A stretch of DNA of 64,000 bases from Leucoraja erinacea (GCF_028641065.1 NC_073381.1:27032001-27096000); one strand, 5' to 3'; shown: positions 48,172-61,737, counted from the stretch's first letter. The notes: a model not told the origin generated them from the letters alone. Translations and numbers: made by a program.

Positions 48172-48460
48172 TTTAGTTTAGTTTCGAGATACAGCGCGGA
48201 AACCACTGGGCCACCCCAACCAGCAATCCCTGCACATTAACACTATCCTACACCCACTAGGGACATTTTTTACATTTACCTACATACCTGTAGGTCTTTG
48301 GAGTGTGGGAGGTAACCGAAGATCTTGGAGAACCCATGCAGGTTACGGGGCGAACGTACAAACTCCGTACAGACAGCACCCGTAGCCAGGATTGAACCCG
48401 GGTGTCCAGCGCGGCATTCGCTGTAAGGCAGCAACTCTACCGCTGCGCCACCGTGACTGC
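48172..48460 (-). mobile_element. V-SINE (HE1-like)
   Basis: Reverse complement head CTCTACCGCTGCGCCACCGTGAC, B-box, tail. Confidence 0.75.
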
Positions 48461-49733
48461 CCTATTCTCTCTCATATTTTGAATGCATTTCCATCTCAGT
48501 ACATGACCACATTCACACTCTTTCTCAGTCACGTGCACTCTCTCCACTCTTTGTAGACAAAATATAGGCATGGTGACTGTGAAGATGTGGGAGAAAAACA
48601 GACAAAATGCTGCAGTAACTCAGCAGGTCAGACAGCATCTTTAGAGAAAATTAATAGATGGCGTTCCAGTCTCGACTCAAAACGTCACCTATTCCTTTTC
48701 TCCATAGATGCTGAGTTACTCCAGCTTTTTGTGTCTATGTTCGGTTTCAACCAGCATCTGCAGTTCCTTCCTGCACATCCTTTCACTCTCTGTCAGTTGC
48801 CTCTCTTTCTCACAATTCCCCAACCATGGTGAATCTGTGGAATTCTTTCACACAGAAGGCTGTGCAGGTAAAGTCAGTGGATATATTTAAGGCAGAGATG
48901 GATAGATTCCTGATTAGTATGGGTGTCAAAGGTTATGGGGAGAAGGCAGGAAAATGGGAGGGAGAGATAGATTAGCCATGTTTGAATAATGTTTTGTTAT
49001 TAATGTTTAATGTTTTATGTGTCATTCCTAACTGTCACTGTATGTCATGTTATCACTTGCGGGTGGAGCACCAAGGCAAATTCCTTGTATGCGAATACTT
49101 GGCCAATAAACCTATCATTCATTCATTCAGACTTGATGGGCCGAATGGCCTTATTGCTCCTATCACATGATCTTATGAGCCATTTGGGACTTTCTGGTTT
49201 ATCCACTGGAACTAATGTACACTTAATATTGCAACCTAGTGCAATTTTCTTTGACTTTTTAAGCCTTGGCAATATCTTCCTTTCCCAGCTGATGCTCAAT
49301 CTCAAATGTAATTTACTTTTTTACACCTCAATCTGTTGCCAAGGCTACTTCTTTCTATTCACATAGCACTGCCACTGTTATCACCTCTTCAAGAATCAGA
49401 TCAATGTGTTTATCATATCATGGCGAGACTTCTCAAGCGCTTAGACCCACGTCCCCTTCATGCAATGCCTGCCGCACTTTAAGTCTCTGCAGCCTCATGG
49501 TTTTCTTACTCTGAACTCCTCCCTCTACATGTCCCTGTGCGCTACAAGGTCCCCCAGTCTGGATCCCTCTCACTATGTCTCCAGCATCTGCTCATTAATT
49601 GACCTTGTCCCTGTCCCCATCAGCTCTACATGAACCTCTCCATCCCATCCTTCCCTTCAGCCGCTCTTTAACGTCCTCCTGCCATTTTTACAGCCGTCAG
49701 TTTGGTATTGATTCCCAACACCTCATTTTGCAG

Positions 49734-50197
49734 CATAGAAACATAGAAACATAGAAATTAGGTGCAGGAGTAGGCCATTCGGCCCTTCGAGCCTGCACCG
49801 CCATTCAATATGATCATGGCTGATCATCCAACTCAGTATCCCGTACCTGTCTTCTCTCCATACCCCCTGATCCCCTTCCACAAGGGCCACATCTAACTCC
49901 CTCTTAAATATAGCCAATGAACTGGCCTCAACTACCCTCTGTGGCAGAGAGTTCCCAGAGATTCACCACTCTCTGTGTGAAAAAAGTTCTTCTCATCTCG
50001 GTTTTAAAGGATTTCCCCCTTATCCTTAAGCTGTGACCCCTTGTCCTGGACTTCCCTAACATCGGGAACAATCTTCCTGCATCTAGCCTGTCCAACCCCT
50101 TAAGAATTTTGTAAGTTTCTATAAGATCCCCTCTCAATTTTCTAAATTCTAGAGAGTATAAACCAAGTCTATCCAGTCTTTCTTCATAAGACAGTCC
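49734..50197 (-). mobile_element. CR1/HER1 LINE 3' fragment
   Basis: GLSYEERLDRLGLYSLEF...; (CATAGAAA)n tail. Confidence 0.85.
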
Positions 50198-50354
50198 AGT
50201 CAGCATGCATTGGCACATCTCCTTTACGACTTAAAATACTGGAAAAAAATGCTCCTGCTGGGACAATGCAATAAGTTAATTGGACCGAAAACATGAGTCC
50301 CTGGAGTCTCCCTCTATTTTTAATAACATTCAAGATGATGCCTGTTTCAAGATT

Positions 50355-50607
50355 AGTTTAGTTTAGTTTACAGGTCCGGGTCCGCGCTGACCAGTGATCC
50401 CTGCACACTAACACTAACACTATCCTACATACACTAGGGTCAATTAACAGAAGCCAATTAACCTACAAACCTGTACATCTTTGGAGTGTAGGAGGAAACC
50501 GGAGCACCCAGAGGTCATGGGGAGAATGTACAAACTGTAGTCAGGATCGAACCTGGGTCACTGGTGTTGGAAGGCAGCAACTCTACCGCTGCTCCACCGT
50601 GCCACCG
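50355..50607 (-). mobile_element. V-SINE (HE1-like)
   Basis: Reverse complement of SINE consensus. Confidence 0.7.
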
Positions 50608-52300
50608 TATCACAGCAACATTTGCAATATATTTTCAAGTTTCAATCAACATCACTTTCTGTGGACAGAACAACACAGTATAAGCCTTGGTCCCACTGCA
50701 CATTAAATACTAGACTGAATCACCTTTCAGAGGCAACAGTACTTCTTCAACCCATTACATTAGTGTTCTTTGGCCACATTATTTGCTCACTGCATTGATC
50801 CTGGGTAAAATATTAAACACGTGCTCATGAGAATACAAGGTTTTACTTTGATGTTTAGGCACAAGTACTTTAGATCCCTAGCCAATGCTGCTTTATGAGT
50901 TTATTTTATCATCGGTGAGCCTTTGAAAACTCAGGCTTGGAGATTCCACTTTCTCTTTCCACATTATACTGAATCCTGTTCAAAATTTCTCATATTTGTT
51001 CGTGCAGCAACAATACCAAGTCTTTCCAATCACCAAATTATACTGCACCTGCCATAGAAAACCTCAGTCCATGATGTTTTGTTTGCTGACTCGGTCATTA
51101 CCACAGATAAAATTTATTTTTATGCCCAAAGTTGTACCTTAGCAGGAATATTATTGGGATAGAGGGTGGGACAATCAGCCGGAACTACTGCACAACAATT
51201 ACCTAATGCCTCCATTTCAGTCTGAAGAAGTGTCCCGACCCAAAACGTCACTCCAGAAATACTGCCTGACCCGCTGAGTTACTCCAGCGCTTTGTATCTA
51301 TCTTTGGCTCATTTTCAAATATTGTTTCATGTGGATGATTTATAAATGTACAATTCAACTTCTCAGGAGCAGCCTCTTCTCCTCTGTTATCAGGCTTCTG
51401 AACATTCCTTCCATAATTTAGGGTATCATCCAATTCACCTCCAACCCATTGCAGACATTGGACTTTGTCTCTGAAACCGATGTGCTACAATGCTGAGAAC
51501 TATATTCTGCACTCTGTATCTTTCCCTTTGCTCTACCTATTGTACTGGAGATTGATGATTGTATTTATGTGGAGTGTTATCTCATGTGATTGGATAGCAT
51601 GCAAAACAAAGCTTATCACTGTACCTCAGAGCAGCTGACAACAATAATAAACCTCAACCTAACTTGGTTCTGAGGAAGCCAAGCGAGAATATCCGACACT
51701 GTGCCTAGTCACATGTGACAATAAAGTATTTCTATTCCTCCTCCTCCTATAATGTAACATTTGTGGAGTTCTGTGACATTCCCTGTTGTACAACCTTTTT
51801 TCTCTGACATTAATGGTTGTGAAATATCCTGAGGTGCCCAAATATGATGCTTGCGGAGATTAATTATGCATTAACTGTGGATCTGTTCCTCCTCCAATTT
51901 TCTTTCTTCCTTGTTCAGAATGCAGGATATGAAAGACGTACTAGGCCCCCATTCTTTCTGTCAGTGGTGTTGCTCATATCATTATTAAACATTCTATTCC
52001 TTGCCTGATTAACGTAGACCATCAAAATGTACTATTCAAAGTGACTGAACTACTGTAGTGCATTCTGACATTGATTAAATTGTATTTACCCGGGACTGTG
52101 ATAGTTACATTTGACTCGTGACAAGAGCCCGCAGTCAGACAGGCATTTGGTCACTTTAGCATCTTATTCTGGCTTCAATTTACCATGTCATCTGTGAAAA
52201 CATTTCTGAGGTCAAGGCTAAATCTTCTCGAGAAAGCTCACCAAATTCAGCAGAAGGAAAGATTGGCAGACTTGTGCAAATTAACACTGTACTCTCCATA

Positions 52301-52928
52301 TCTATCTATTAATATATAAAACTCAAATCCATCCGTCCGCCTGCAGTACGGATCCCTTCCTGCCTTTTGATTCGTTGACGGCTGCTCCTTCCTATCAGCT
52401 TCCAACACACTTCGAAACAAAGTTGCAAGACAGGAACACTGAACTTTTCACTGCTGCAGCAGGCAGGGGAGGTGCAATTGAGGGAGGCAGGGGAGTGCTG
52501 GAAACTTACATTTGGCAACGGCTTCAGTTCCATTGGAGGAGACGGGTGCATGGTGGAATATTGGGTTGGGGGAATCACACCATTGGGGGAGCAGACCCAA
52601 CGGGTCTGCACTTGGTCTAGTATATATATAAAAGTCTGTGGCTGCCGCCTGCCGTCCGGCTGCCAGCTGCCTTTCTTCCTTTTGATTCGCTGCTCCTTCC
52701 TGTCAGCTTCCAACACACTTCGAAACAAAGTTGCAAGACAGGAACACTGAACTTTTCACTGCTGCAGCAGGCAGGGAAGGTGCAATTGAGGGAGGCAGGG
52801 GAGTGCTGGAAACTTACATTTGGCAACGTCTTCAGTTCCATTGGAGGAGACGGGTGCATGGTGGAATATTGGGTTGGGGGAATCACACCATTGGGGGAGC
52901 AGACCTAACGGGTCTGCACTTGGTCTAG
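52301..52928 (+). mobile_element. Two adjacent non-autonomous Helitron copies (52301-52620, 52621-52928)
   Basis: A|TC start; each ends GCAGACC(C/T)-AAC-GGGTCTGC hairpin + ACTTGGTCTAG|T; no TSD. Confidence 0.8.
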
Positions 52929-53079
52929 TATATCTATAAAACTCTGGGGCCATCCGACCGACTGCCGTCCGGCGCCCTTCCTGCCTTTCGATTCGTGCCC
53001 GATACTCACAAAGATTGGCAGACTTGTGCCGATTCGCAGATGTCCTCCATATCTATCTATTAATATAGAAATTACTCAG

Positions 53080-55056
53080 AATAGGCCATTCGGCCCTTCG
53101 AGTACGGACCCCATTCAATATGATCATTTTGATCATCCAACTCGGCCCGTACCTTCCTCTCTCCATACCCCCTGATCCCCTCAGCCACCAGGGCCACATC
53201 TAACTCCCCCTTAAATATAGCCAATGAACTGGCCTCAACTACCCTCTGTGGCAGAGAGTTCCAGAGATTCACCACTCTCTGTGTGAAAAAAGTTCTCCTC
53301 ATCTCGGTTTTAAAGGATTTCCCCTTTATCCTTAAGCTGTGACACCTTGTCCTGGACTTCCCTAACATCGGGAACAATCTTCCTGCATCTAGCCTGTCCA
53401 ACCCCTTAAGAATTTTGTAAGTTTCTATAAGATCCCCTCTCAATCTTCTAAATTCTAGAGAGTATAAACCAAGTCTATCCAGTCTTTCTTCATAAGACAG
53501 TCCTGACATCCCAGGAATCAGTCTGGTGAACCGTCTCTGCACTCCCTCTATGGCAATAATGTCCTTCCTCAGATTTGGAGACCAAACTGTACGCAATACT
53601 CCAGGTGTGGTCTCACCAAGACCCTGTACAACTGCAGTAGAACCTCTCTGCTCCTATACTCAAATCCTTTTGCAATGAAAGCTAACATACCATTCGCTTT
53701 CTTTACTGCCTGCTGCACCTGCATGCCTACCTTCAATGACTGGTGTACCATGACACCCAGGTCTCGCTGCATCTCCCCCTTTCCCAATCGGCCACCATTT
53801 AGATAATAGTCTGCTTTCCTGTTTTTGCCACCAAAATGGATAACCTTACATTTATCCACATTATACTGCATCTGCCAAACATTTGCCCACTCACCCAGCC
53901 TATCCAAGTCACCCTGCAGTCTCCTAGCATCCTCCTCACAGCTAACACTGCCCCCCAGCTTAGTGTCATCCGCAAACTTGGAGATATTGCCTTCAATTCC
54001 CTCATCCAGATCATTAATATATATTGTAAATAGCTGGGGTCCCAGTACTGAGCCTTGGGGTACCCCACTAGTCACTGCCTGCCATTGTGAAAAGCACCCG
54101 TTTACTCCTACTCTTTGCTTCCTGTTTGCCAGCCAGTTCTCTACCACATCAATACTGAACCCCCAATGCCTTGTGCTTTAAGTTTGTATACTAATCTCTT
54201 ATGTGGGACCTTGTCAAAAGCCTTCTGGAAGTCCAGATACACCACATCCACTGGTTCTCCCCTATCCACGCTACTAGTTACATCCTCGAAAAATTCTATA
54301 AGATTAGTCAGACATGATTTACCTTTCGTAAATCCATGCTGACTTTGTCCAATGATTTCACCACTTTCCAAATGTGCTGCTATCCCATCTTAATAACTGA
54401 CTCTAGCAGTTTCCCCACTACCGATGTTAGACTAACTGGTCTGTAATTCCCCATTTTCTCTCTCCCTCCCTTCTTAAAAAGTGGGGTTACGTTTGCTACC
54501 CGCCAATCTTCAGGAACTACTCCAGAATCTAAAGAGTTTTGAAAGATTATTACTAATGCATCCACTATTTCTGGAGCTACTTCCTTAAGTACTCTGGGGT
54601 GCAGCCTATCTGGCCCTGGGGATTTATCGGCCTTTAATCCATTCAATTTACCCAACACCACTTCCTGGCTAACCTGGATTTCACTCAATTCCTCCAACTC
54701 CTTTGACCCGCGGTCCCCTGCTATTGCCGGCAAATTATTTATGTCTTCCTTAGTGAAGACGGAACCAAAGTAGTTATTCAATTGGTCCGCCATATCCTTG
54801 TTCCCCATGATCAACTCACCTGTTTCTGACTGCAAGGGACCTACATTTGTTTTAACTAATCTCTTTCTTTTCACATATCTATAAAAACTTTTGCAGTCAG
54901 TTTTTATGTTCCCTGCCAGTTTTCTTTCATAATCTATTTTTCCTTGCCTAATTAAGCCCTTTGTCCTCCTCTGCTGGTCTTTGAATTTCTCCCAGTCCTC
55001 CGGTATGCTGCTTTTTCTGGCTAATTTGTACGCATCATCCTTCGCTTTGATACTAA
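53080..55056 (-). mobile_element. CR1/HER1 LINE, 5'-truncated, frameshifted RT
   Basis: ORFs 54380-55207, 54141-54371, 53569-54147, 53072-53596 tile the CR1 RT; nearly identical to 24035-26030. Confidence 0.9.
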
Positions 55057-55315
55057 TCGGAATCGGAATGGATCCATTTCCATGTGTGGCTGCCGGCTGC
55101 ATTTCTTCCTTTGATTCATTGCCACGCCCAATCCAGATGCTCAATCTCCGAGATCTTTTCCATTTTGGTAGAGATTTCGCTTTTCTTTCTAAGTATCCAC
55201 TCCTCATTACATTTCGTCGTGTTGAAGTGTACGTTTTTAATCAAATCCTTCCCACCCCCCCCCCCCCCCCTCCACACCCAGGTATTTCAAAATTAACTGG
55301 CTTCTCCATTTACAT

Positions 55316-55561
55316 GTCAGCTTCCAACACACTTCGAAACAAAGTTGCAAGGGAACACTGAACTTTTCACTGCTGCAGCAGGCAGGGAGGTGCCATTGGA
55401 TTTTTTTTTTAATCCACTGCTGAGGGAGGCAGGGCAGTGCTGGAATCTTACCTTTGGGAACGGCTTCAGTTCCATTGGAGGAGACGGATGCATGGTGGGA
55501 TATTGGGTTGGGGGATCACACCATTGGGGGAGCAGGCCCAACGGGTCTGCACTTGGTCTAG
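55316..55561 (+). mobile_element. 3' part of a third Helitron copy
   Basis: Same body as 52301-52928, hairpin + CTAG|T at 55558-55561. Confidence 0.75.
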
Positions 55562-57930
55562 TGTCCTTTAAAATTCTATTTCAAATGCCCAGAGTTGTGA
55601 TGTAATCCCAAGTAAGCTGCATTTGATCTTCACCCAGCAGCTCTCTGAGGCTGTGTGTTATGGTGTAAATAATGTTATAAAGGGAAAAATTAATGCAATG
55701 CAAATCAGCCTTTGCTGCACCTTCTCACAGTCTTTACCCATCGGTAATGTGGAGGCATACAAGTGTTTCTTCAGTTTTATTTAAAACAAAACACTAGAGG
55801 CGAGAAGCAAAACAAGTTTATCGGTATACTGAATTAACCCAAATCTAAATACATAACTCCGAGTTGCTCCTGGCCTGTGAAATTCTTACCCACTAATGAC
55901 CGTTTACTCTAAACCAGCCTGTAGCACACACAAGTGAATTTAAGCATAGTCTTTACGTAGTGCTATTCCTAATCGGCAAAGTCATTGCACCTTTCAGTCC
56001 AAGTACTCTGTTCAATAGAAAACTAACACAGGAATCTATTTACTATGTGTGTTGTATGTTTGAGCACAGGCTACCCACAAAACATCATTGTGTAGCCCAT
56101 TCATTTGTTCAGGAAGAGCAGGAGTGGCAGGGATTCAAACCTCAGAACATCAGTAGAAAGCCATTTCAAGAAAACGTTTTTTTAAATTTCTAAACAGCAG
56201 CGTAATGCTGTGACAGACGTTAACCTCATTTATAATTGTTACTGTTACATGTAAAGCACAGATAAAACACGTTTATTGGTTTAATCGTAAGGTGATATTC
56301 ATGTTCTTGAGGTGAATATGGAGAAAATACCTATAAAATAAATCCATGGTCAATAACACTAAACATGCAATACTGTGTACCTTGGTCTGCTTCAGCCATT
56401 CAACTCATTTGTAGCCAAGAGCCACTATTATGTTGCATATTTAGTTTTATTGATTGAGATTGAATTTCTCCCTCATGTGTTTCATGAAAACATCAATTAC
56501 CTCTTATAATGGTTTCCAGGTTCAGGTGCAAGGAAGTATGTTAATGCTCTGTACTAAGATGACAAGTACTACCTTTCTAACATCACCAATTGCGCCTTTG
56601 TTCCATGATCAGGTTATTATTGGTGGCGTAGAGTCAGCAGGGCAGCCATGGGAAGCTCTCTGAAAATAAAATCTCAACAAATAAATTCCTTAACCTTGTC
56701 AAGGTTCCTTAACAAACCAACCAGCATGTGTGTTGGTTCATCTATTTACATGTGAGCATCCACAGTATAACAGCCAATACAAGACTAGACTAGACTAGAC
56801 TACAAAACTATAAAGTAATAATGACAAACCCATGAGCCGAGGAAAATGAATTTGGTAGATGGACATATTCTTGCAAAAAAGATAACATGAAATTAAAAAT
56901 AAAACTATGTAGCACATAGACAAGTCCAATATACCAACTATTGGACATTGTCTATCATTCTTGACTGAAGAATGAAGGCAGAATTTATGATGATCAATAA
57001 TATTTACTGATGCCACATTTCGCAGCGTAATGATGCAAACTGATCTCCTGACCCACTTGACCATGCTCTTTTTGAATGTCTATTGTGCCTCTATATTGAC
57101 TCCAGCTTAAATTTTCTCATTCTATTCTTATATCCCGATTTCATTTAATGTTCTTCTCCTTTTCTCCCTTGCTATTGCCATTGCCAGCAGCCACTTAACA
57201 TAAAATATAGCTCTCCGTTCATTTTGCTTTAAAAAAAAGAGCTGATTTCCAAATATTGATTAACACATCCAATGAAAGGTGAAGGACACCACAAATCTAT
57301 CAGTTGCAATCTGAACTGAACGCAAATGCCCAGCGACCAGCCGTCTCTATCCATTCTTGCTTCTATAGATCTAATCCTATATAGATCTATTCCTCTAAAT
57401 CCCCGAGAATTCACAGAGCTCTGTGGGGTTGTGAAGATTTTGTTTAGATTTTAAAGCAGGTGCCACTTTAGCCAAACTTCATGGAACGGCGAGACTATTT
57501 AAAACAATTGTACTCCATGTAAAAAAAAAGTTTTCTCTTTTTTTTATGGAACTAGTATTCAGCTAAGTGCAGACTGCAGTTTCTATTGATCTCTTGTCAT
57601 GTAGCCTGACCTATTGAAAACCCATAATCCTATAAAAAGCTCAGAATATATTACCAGGTTCACCCTTAAGCAAGCATGCATTTAGAAACCGTTTCCCAGC
57701 CACTCAAATGAACACTATGTTCATGAGGAGAAATTTGGTAAAGTTGGTTTACTTCCAAAGATAAATTATTTGAAGTATTGGGTCATGATTTTAATCATGG
57801 AACTGTCAATTTGGATATATGCTTTGGTATTCTTTTAGTAATTACATGATACTGTATGTAATTACTTAAATAATATTACAAACCTAAGAGAGAAAGGATT
57901 TGTATATCTTATCAGGTGGGTAAAGAATTA

Positions 57931-58167
57931 AGGGCCTGTCCCACTTTCACAACCTAATTCACGACCTTCTTTACTTGTGGACATTTTTCATCAGGCTAGA
58001 AAAACGCCCCGACCTACTTGATGCCACGAGTACCTACGACTAGCATCACGACCTGCTACGACTTACCCACAACCTCCTACGACCTCGTGACGACCATGCT
58101 GCGAGTACGAGTCAAGGGAAAACTCGGCAGAGGTCGTGAATTAGGTCATGAAAGTGAGACAGACCCT
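57931..58167. mobile_element. MITE, PIF/Harbinger-like (or Kolobok)
   Basis: ~37-bp TIRs AGGGCCTGTCCCACTTTCACAACCTAATTCACGACCT / AGGTCGTGAATTAGGTCATGAAAGTGAGACAGACCCT; TTA/TAA flanks; internal ACGACCT repeats. Confidence 0.75.
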
Positions 58168-58989
58168 TAAAGCAGGCATAAATATCCAGCCTGTTTGTTC
58201 TGGTTTTAGTCAAAGATGAATGAAATCTGTTTATGGGAAGTTTTAAAACAAAGTACCTCTTGTGAATCTCTGCATTTCTTCTACAAAAATGGGTGTTAAA
58301 ACACTCCAGTTAAAATGTGCTGAACCTGAACCAATACAAATTGTCCTGAATTAACTGAAATCAAATCTCTTCCATTTGTGGTCATTGTTCAATGAGATAT
58401 AAAGAATCAGAGAGGAAGACATTTCAGGGAGGCATCAAGACATGTCACACAAATTCAAAACTATGTCTTAAGCTACTGTGCAATTGACAGTAAAAGAGTG
58501 CTGCTAGATCTCCTGAGAAGACAGATCCCAAGGCATTTAAACCAAAACTTACCTCATCCATTAAAGAAAAATTCCACTTGACTGCTGCACTGTAATTCCA
58601 CAGAGAACCAATTGTTCATGATCAGAAAGATTACTTACCACAGTCATTATAAAAAAAAGAAGTCAGGAAGGAAGCTGCTGACTACAATTTAACTAAACTT
58701 ACAGCTGGGAAATAAATAATTAATATTTGGGAAAGATGTGGTGATAAATTTAAATAGTTTGGATTGTTAAATGGAAATTACATTTAATTAAGTTCTTTAG
58801 TGAAGTAACAGAGAGGTTTGATGTTGAATGTATGAATTCTCAAAAACCATTTTATAACATGCCACATCTCAGTCTTGCCAGAAATATTAAAATTAAAAGG
58901 CTTAAAAGTGGCAGCATGGTTACAAAGCTGGTCTGGGGACAGAAATAGAAGAACAGCTTCAAATCTTTTTACACCAGAATCAAGCACGC

Positions 58990-60320
58990 AGTGTTGATCC
59001 CCAGGGGTTGGAATTAGGACCCATTGCCTCTTCCTACATAAATTAATGACTTAGATTGGGTATATGAGACGTTCTTTCACGTTTCGCAGATGAGATGAAG
59101 TTCAGAAATGTACGGAGTAATGAGGGGAATAAAAACAGATGTCAGGAGGACATTAGACACACTGGTGAAATAAGCAAACAGATGGCAATGGAATAAAATG
59201 TAGGGAAGGGTGACGTGATTGAATGTAGTAGGTAGGACAAGGAAATGGAATATAAATTAAGTAGTGAATTTTAAAGTGCACATCAGAGCAGAGGCACCTC
59301 AAAATGAAGATGTGGGTGGGATGGATTGGTATGCAATTCATTGAAGATGACACGACAAATTAAGAAGGCTATTACCTTAAGCAAGTGGGATTCTTGGGTT
59401 TATTCATGAATAGAAGTGCAGTGGCTGCCTCCCCAACAGTCTGTCTGTCCTTTCTTCTTTTTGGTATTTTTAGTATGTGTTAAAAAGTACATTTTAGTGT
59501 TCCTTGGGTTTTTTGGGGGGATTTGGGGGAAACTTTTTTGCAATCTCTTACCTCAATGGAGATGCAATTTTTTTATGTTTCGTAACTCCGTCCCCACTGC
59601 GGCCTAACAATGGTGGAGTTGGCGGCCTTTCCTGGAGACTGATCCGGCGCTCCAACCCGTTGGAGTCTGCGGGACTTTAACATCGCGGAGCTTGCGATCC
59701 CTTTGCCGGGGATCGAAGCTCCAACCGCGGGGCTAACACTGTGAAGCCCGCGGTCTCTGGTAAGAAGAGGCCGACTCGGGAGCTCCATGCCGCAGAGAGA
59801 ATTTCAACCAATCAGACATGGGAGTTTTGATCACCCCGATGGGGACTTCGATCGTCGGCTGCGGGGGCTTTTATCGCCCCGACTGCAGATAGTTTGACTG
59901 CCCCGGCCGCGGGAAAACAAAGAGGAAGAAGTTGAACTTTATTGCCTTCCATCACAGTGAGGAATGTGGAATCCACTGTGGTCGATGTTAATGTGGTTGA
60001 GTGTCTTGTTGCTTTTCACTTAGTTTGGCTGTATGGTAACTCAAATTTCACTGTACCTTAATTGGTACATGTGACAAAACACTGCCCTTGAAACCTTGAG
60101 AATGAGGCCGCAGCACCCTGTAAAACCTGAATTAGACATCAGTTGGAGCACTTTCGGTTCCTGATCCTGTACTACACAGAGAAGGTATGCAGAGGTATAA
60201 AGTGGTTGCAGATGTGTACCAAGACTATATCAGCCTGGAAACATCTATTCTGTAGAGAAATTGTAGAACCTTAAGGCAGGCCATGTTAATAAGGGATTTA
60301 ATAGAGATTATTAAAAAATA
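58990..60320 (+). mobile_element. Old CR1 RT remnant interrupted by a GC-rich non-autonomous retroelement (59421-60095)
   Basis: Degenerate PQG, INDL, FADEMK and ...LIRHQLEH motifs on either side of an insert homologous to 3895-4594. Confidence 0.5.
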
Positions 60321-60324
60321 TGAG

Positions 60325-60680
60325 AGTGCTGGAGTAGCTCAGTGCACCTGGCAGCATTTCAGTCGAACATGGATAGGCAACGTTTCGAGTTGGGACCCTT
60401 CTTCAGACTGATTGTGAGGGGGGAGGGAGGGTAAAGCTAGAAGAGAGGAGAGGCAAGACAAAGCCTGGCAGGTATTATGCCGATACAGGTAAAGAGGGTT
60501 AATTGATAAGCAGATGGTTGGGCAAAGGCCAGAGATAAAAAGCCAGAAGGTCTAAGTCAAAAGCATTGAAGAGTTGCGATTGTGGAGCTAGAGGAAGTAA
60601 TGTGGGTGGATGGGTAAGAGGAGGGAGAAATAGTCCTGTGACAAGATGGGACACAGGGGAAAGGAGGGGTGGAAAGGGGA
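60325..60680 (-). mobile_element. Penelope-associated pLTR repeat with intact hammerhead core (60374-60410)
   Basis: Minus strand CAGT-CTGAAGA-A-GGGT-CCCA-ACTC-GAAAC-GTT-GCCTA. Confidence 0.6.
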
Positions 60681-61737
60681 ACCGATTGTAAATTGTAAAT
60701 TCTCTCTAATGTGTAGGTTAGTGCTGGCGGACGGGGATCATTGGTTAGCAGGGACTTGGTGGGCCGAAGGGACTGTTTCTACACTGTATCTCGAAACTAA
60801 ATTAAATCACATAACTCAATTTGATTCTCTCTGCAAACTGAGAGGCAGTTTTCATGTACATGACAAATGAAAAAAATAAGTTACCACAAGAGTGCAATGA
60901 AATGTGAGTTCTTCATAACCTCCGTTAAAGAAGTACACGTGGCCCGTTAATTTTATTATAGGGTGATAAACTTAGAGTAAAATGAGTGTTGAATTTAAAA
61001 TTTCCCGTGATCTTATAATGCAAAAAGAAATCTCTCTGGGTTAAGATTCATCATCAGGATATTTTTCGTGAGTTTTCCAGTATGTAGCTGAATGAGATAA
61101 TTTGAAAAAAATGTAAAATATCAAAATAATTGTTGCCACAGCATGCAATTGACATGGTTTTTACACAATCAAAAGATAATATTTAAGCTCAGAAAATCCA
61201 CTTCTAGAAGTGAAATATTTTGTTTCCATGGTGCAGTGGAAGATAGGCATAGGATTCAATACTTAACCCATGCCTGTATTATATTGTAGAAAATATGTTC
61301 ATTTGTTTCCGAATTTTATTTGAGAAAGAAAACCAAATCTGTAGAGATCAATCCTTGTGGCAATCGCACGGAGCAATGTCAAACAGATGTTCCGATTATT
61401 TGTGCAGTTTTGTACGGAGGGGTATTAAAGGCAAAAGATCAATGGAGGCATCTTTAAAAGGGTAAAACTAAAACTGTTAAATATGAACAGAAGTGTATGG
61501 CTTGCAGGCACTGGGTAGAAGGCTACGTGTGTCAGTTCTTGCACTGTGTAAGCCAGGACTTGTTCAGTCTGACAACATATTAGCAGTCAAGAAACCACAC
61601 GGAAATACCCACAGCCTAGTTCAGGGTACAATCCATTAAACAGAAACACCTTTACTGTCTTCAGGCAGTGTGGTCAATCGCATTTGGAGGGAGGGAGCCT
61701 GCCTGCGACAGCCAAACTGACAACTAGCTCGTGCCTG

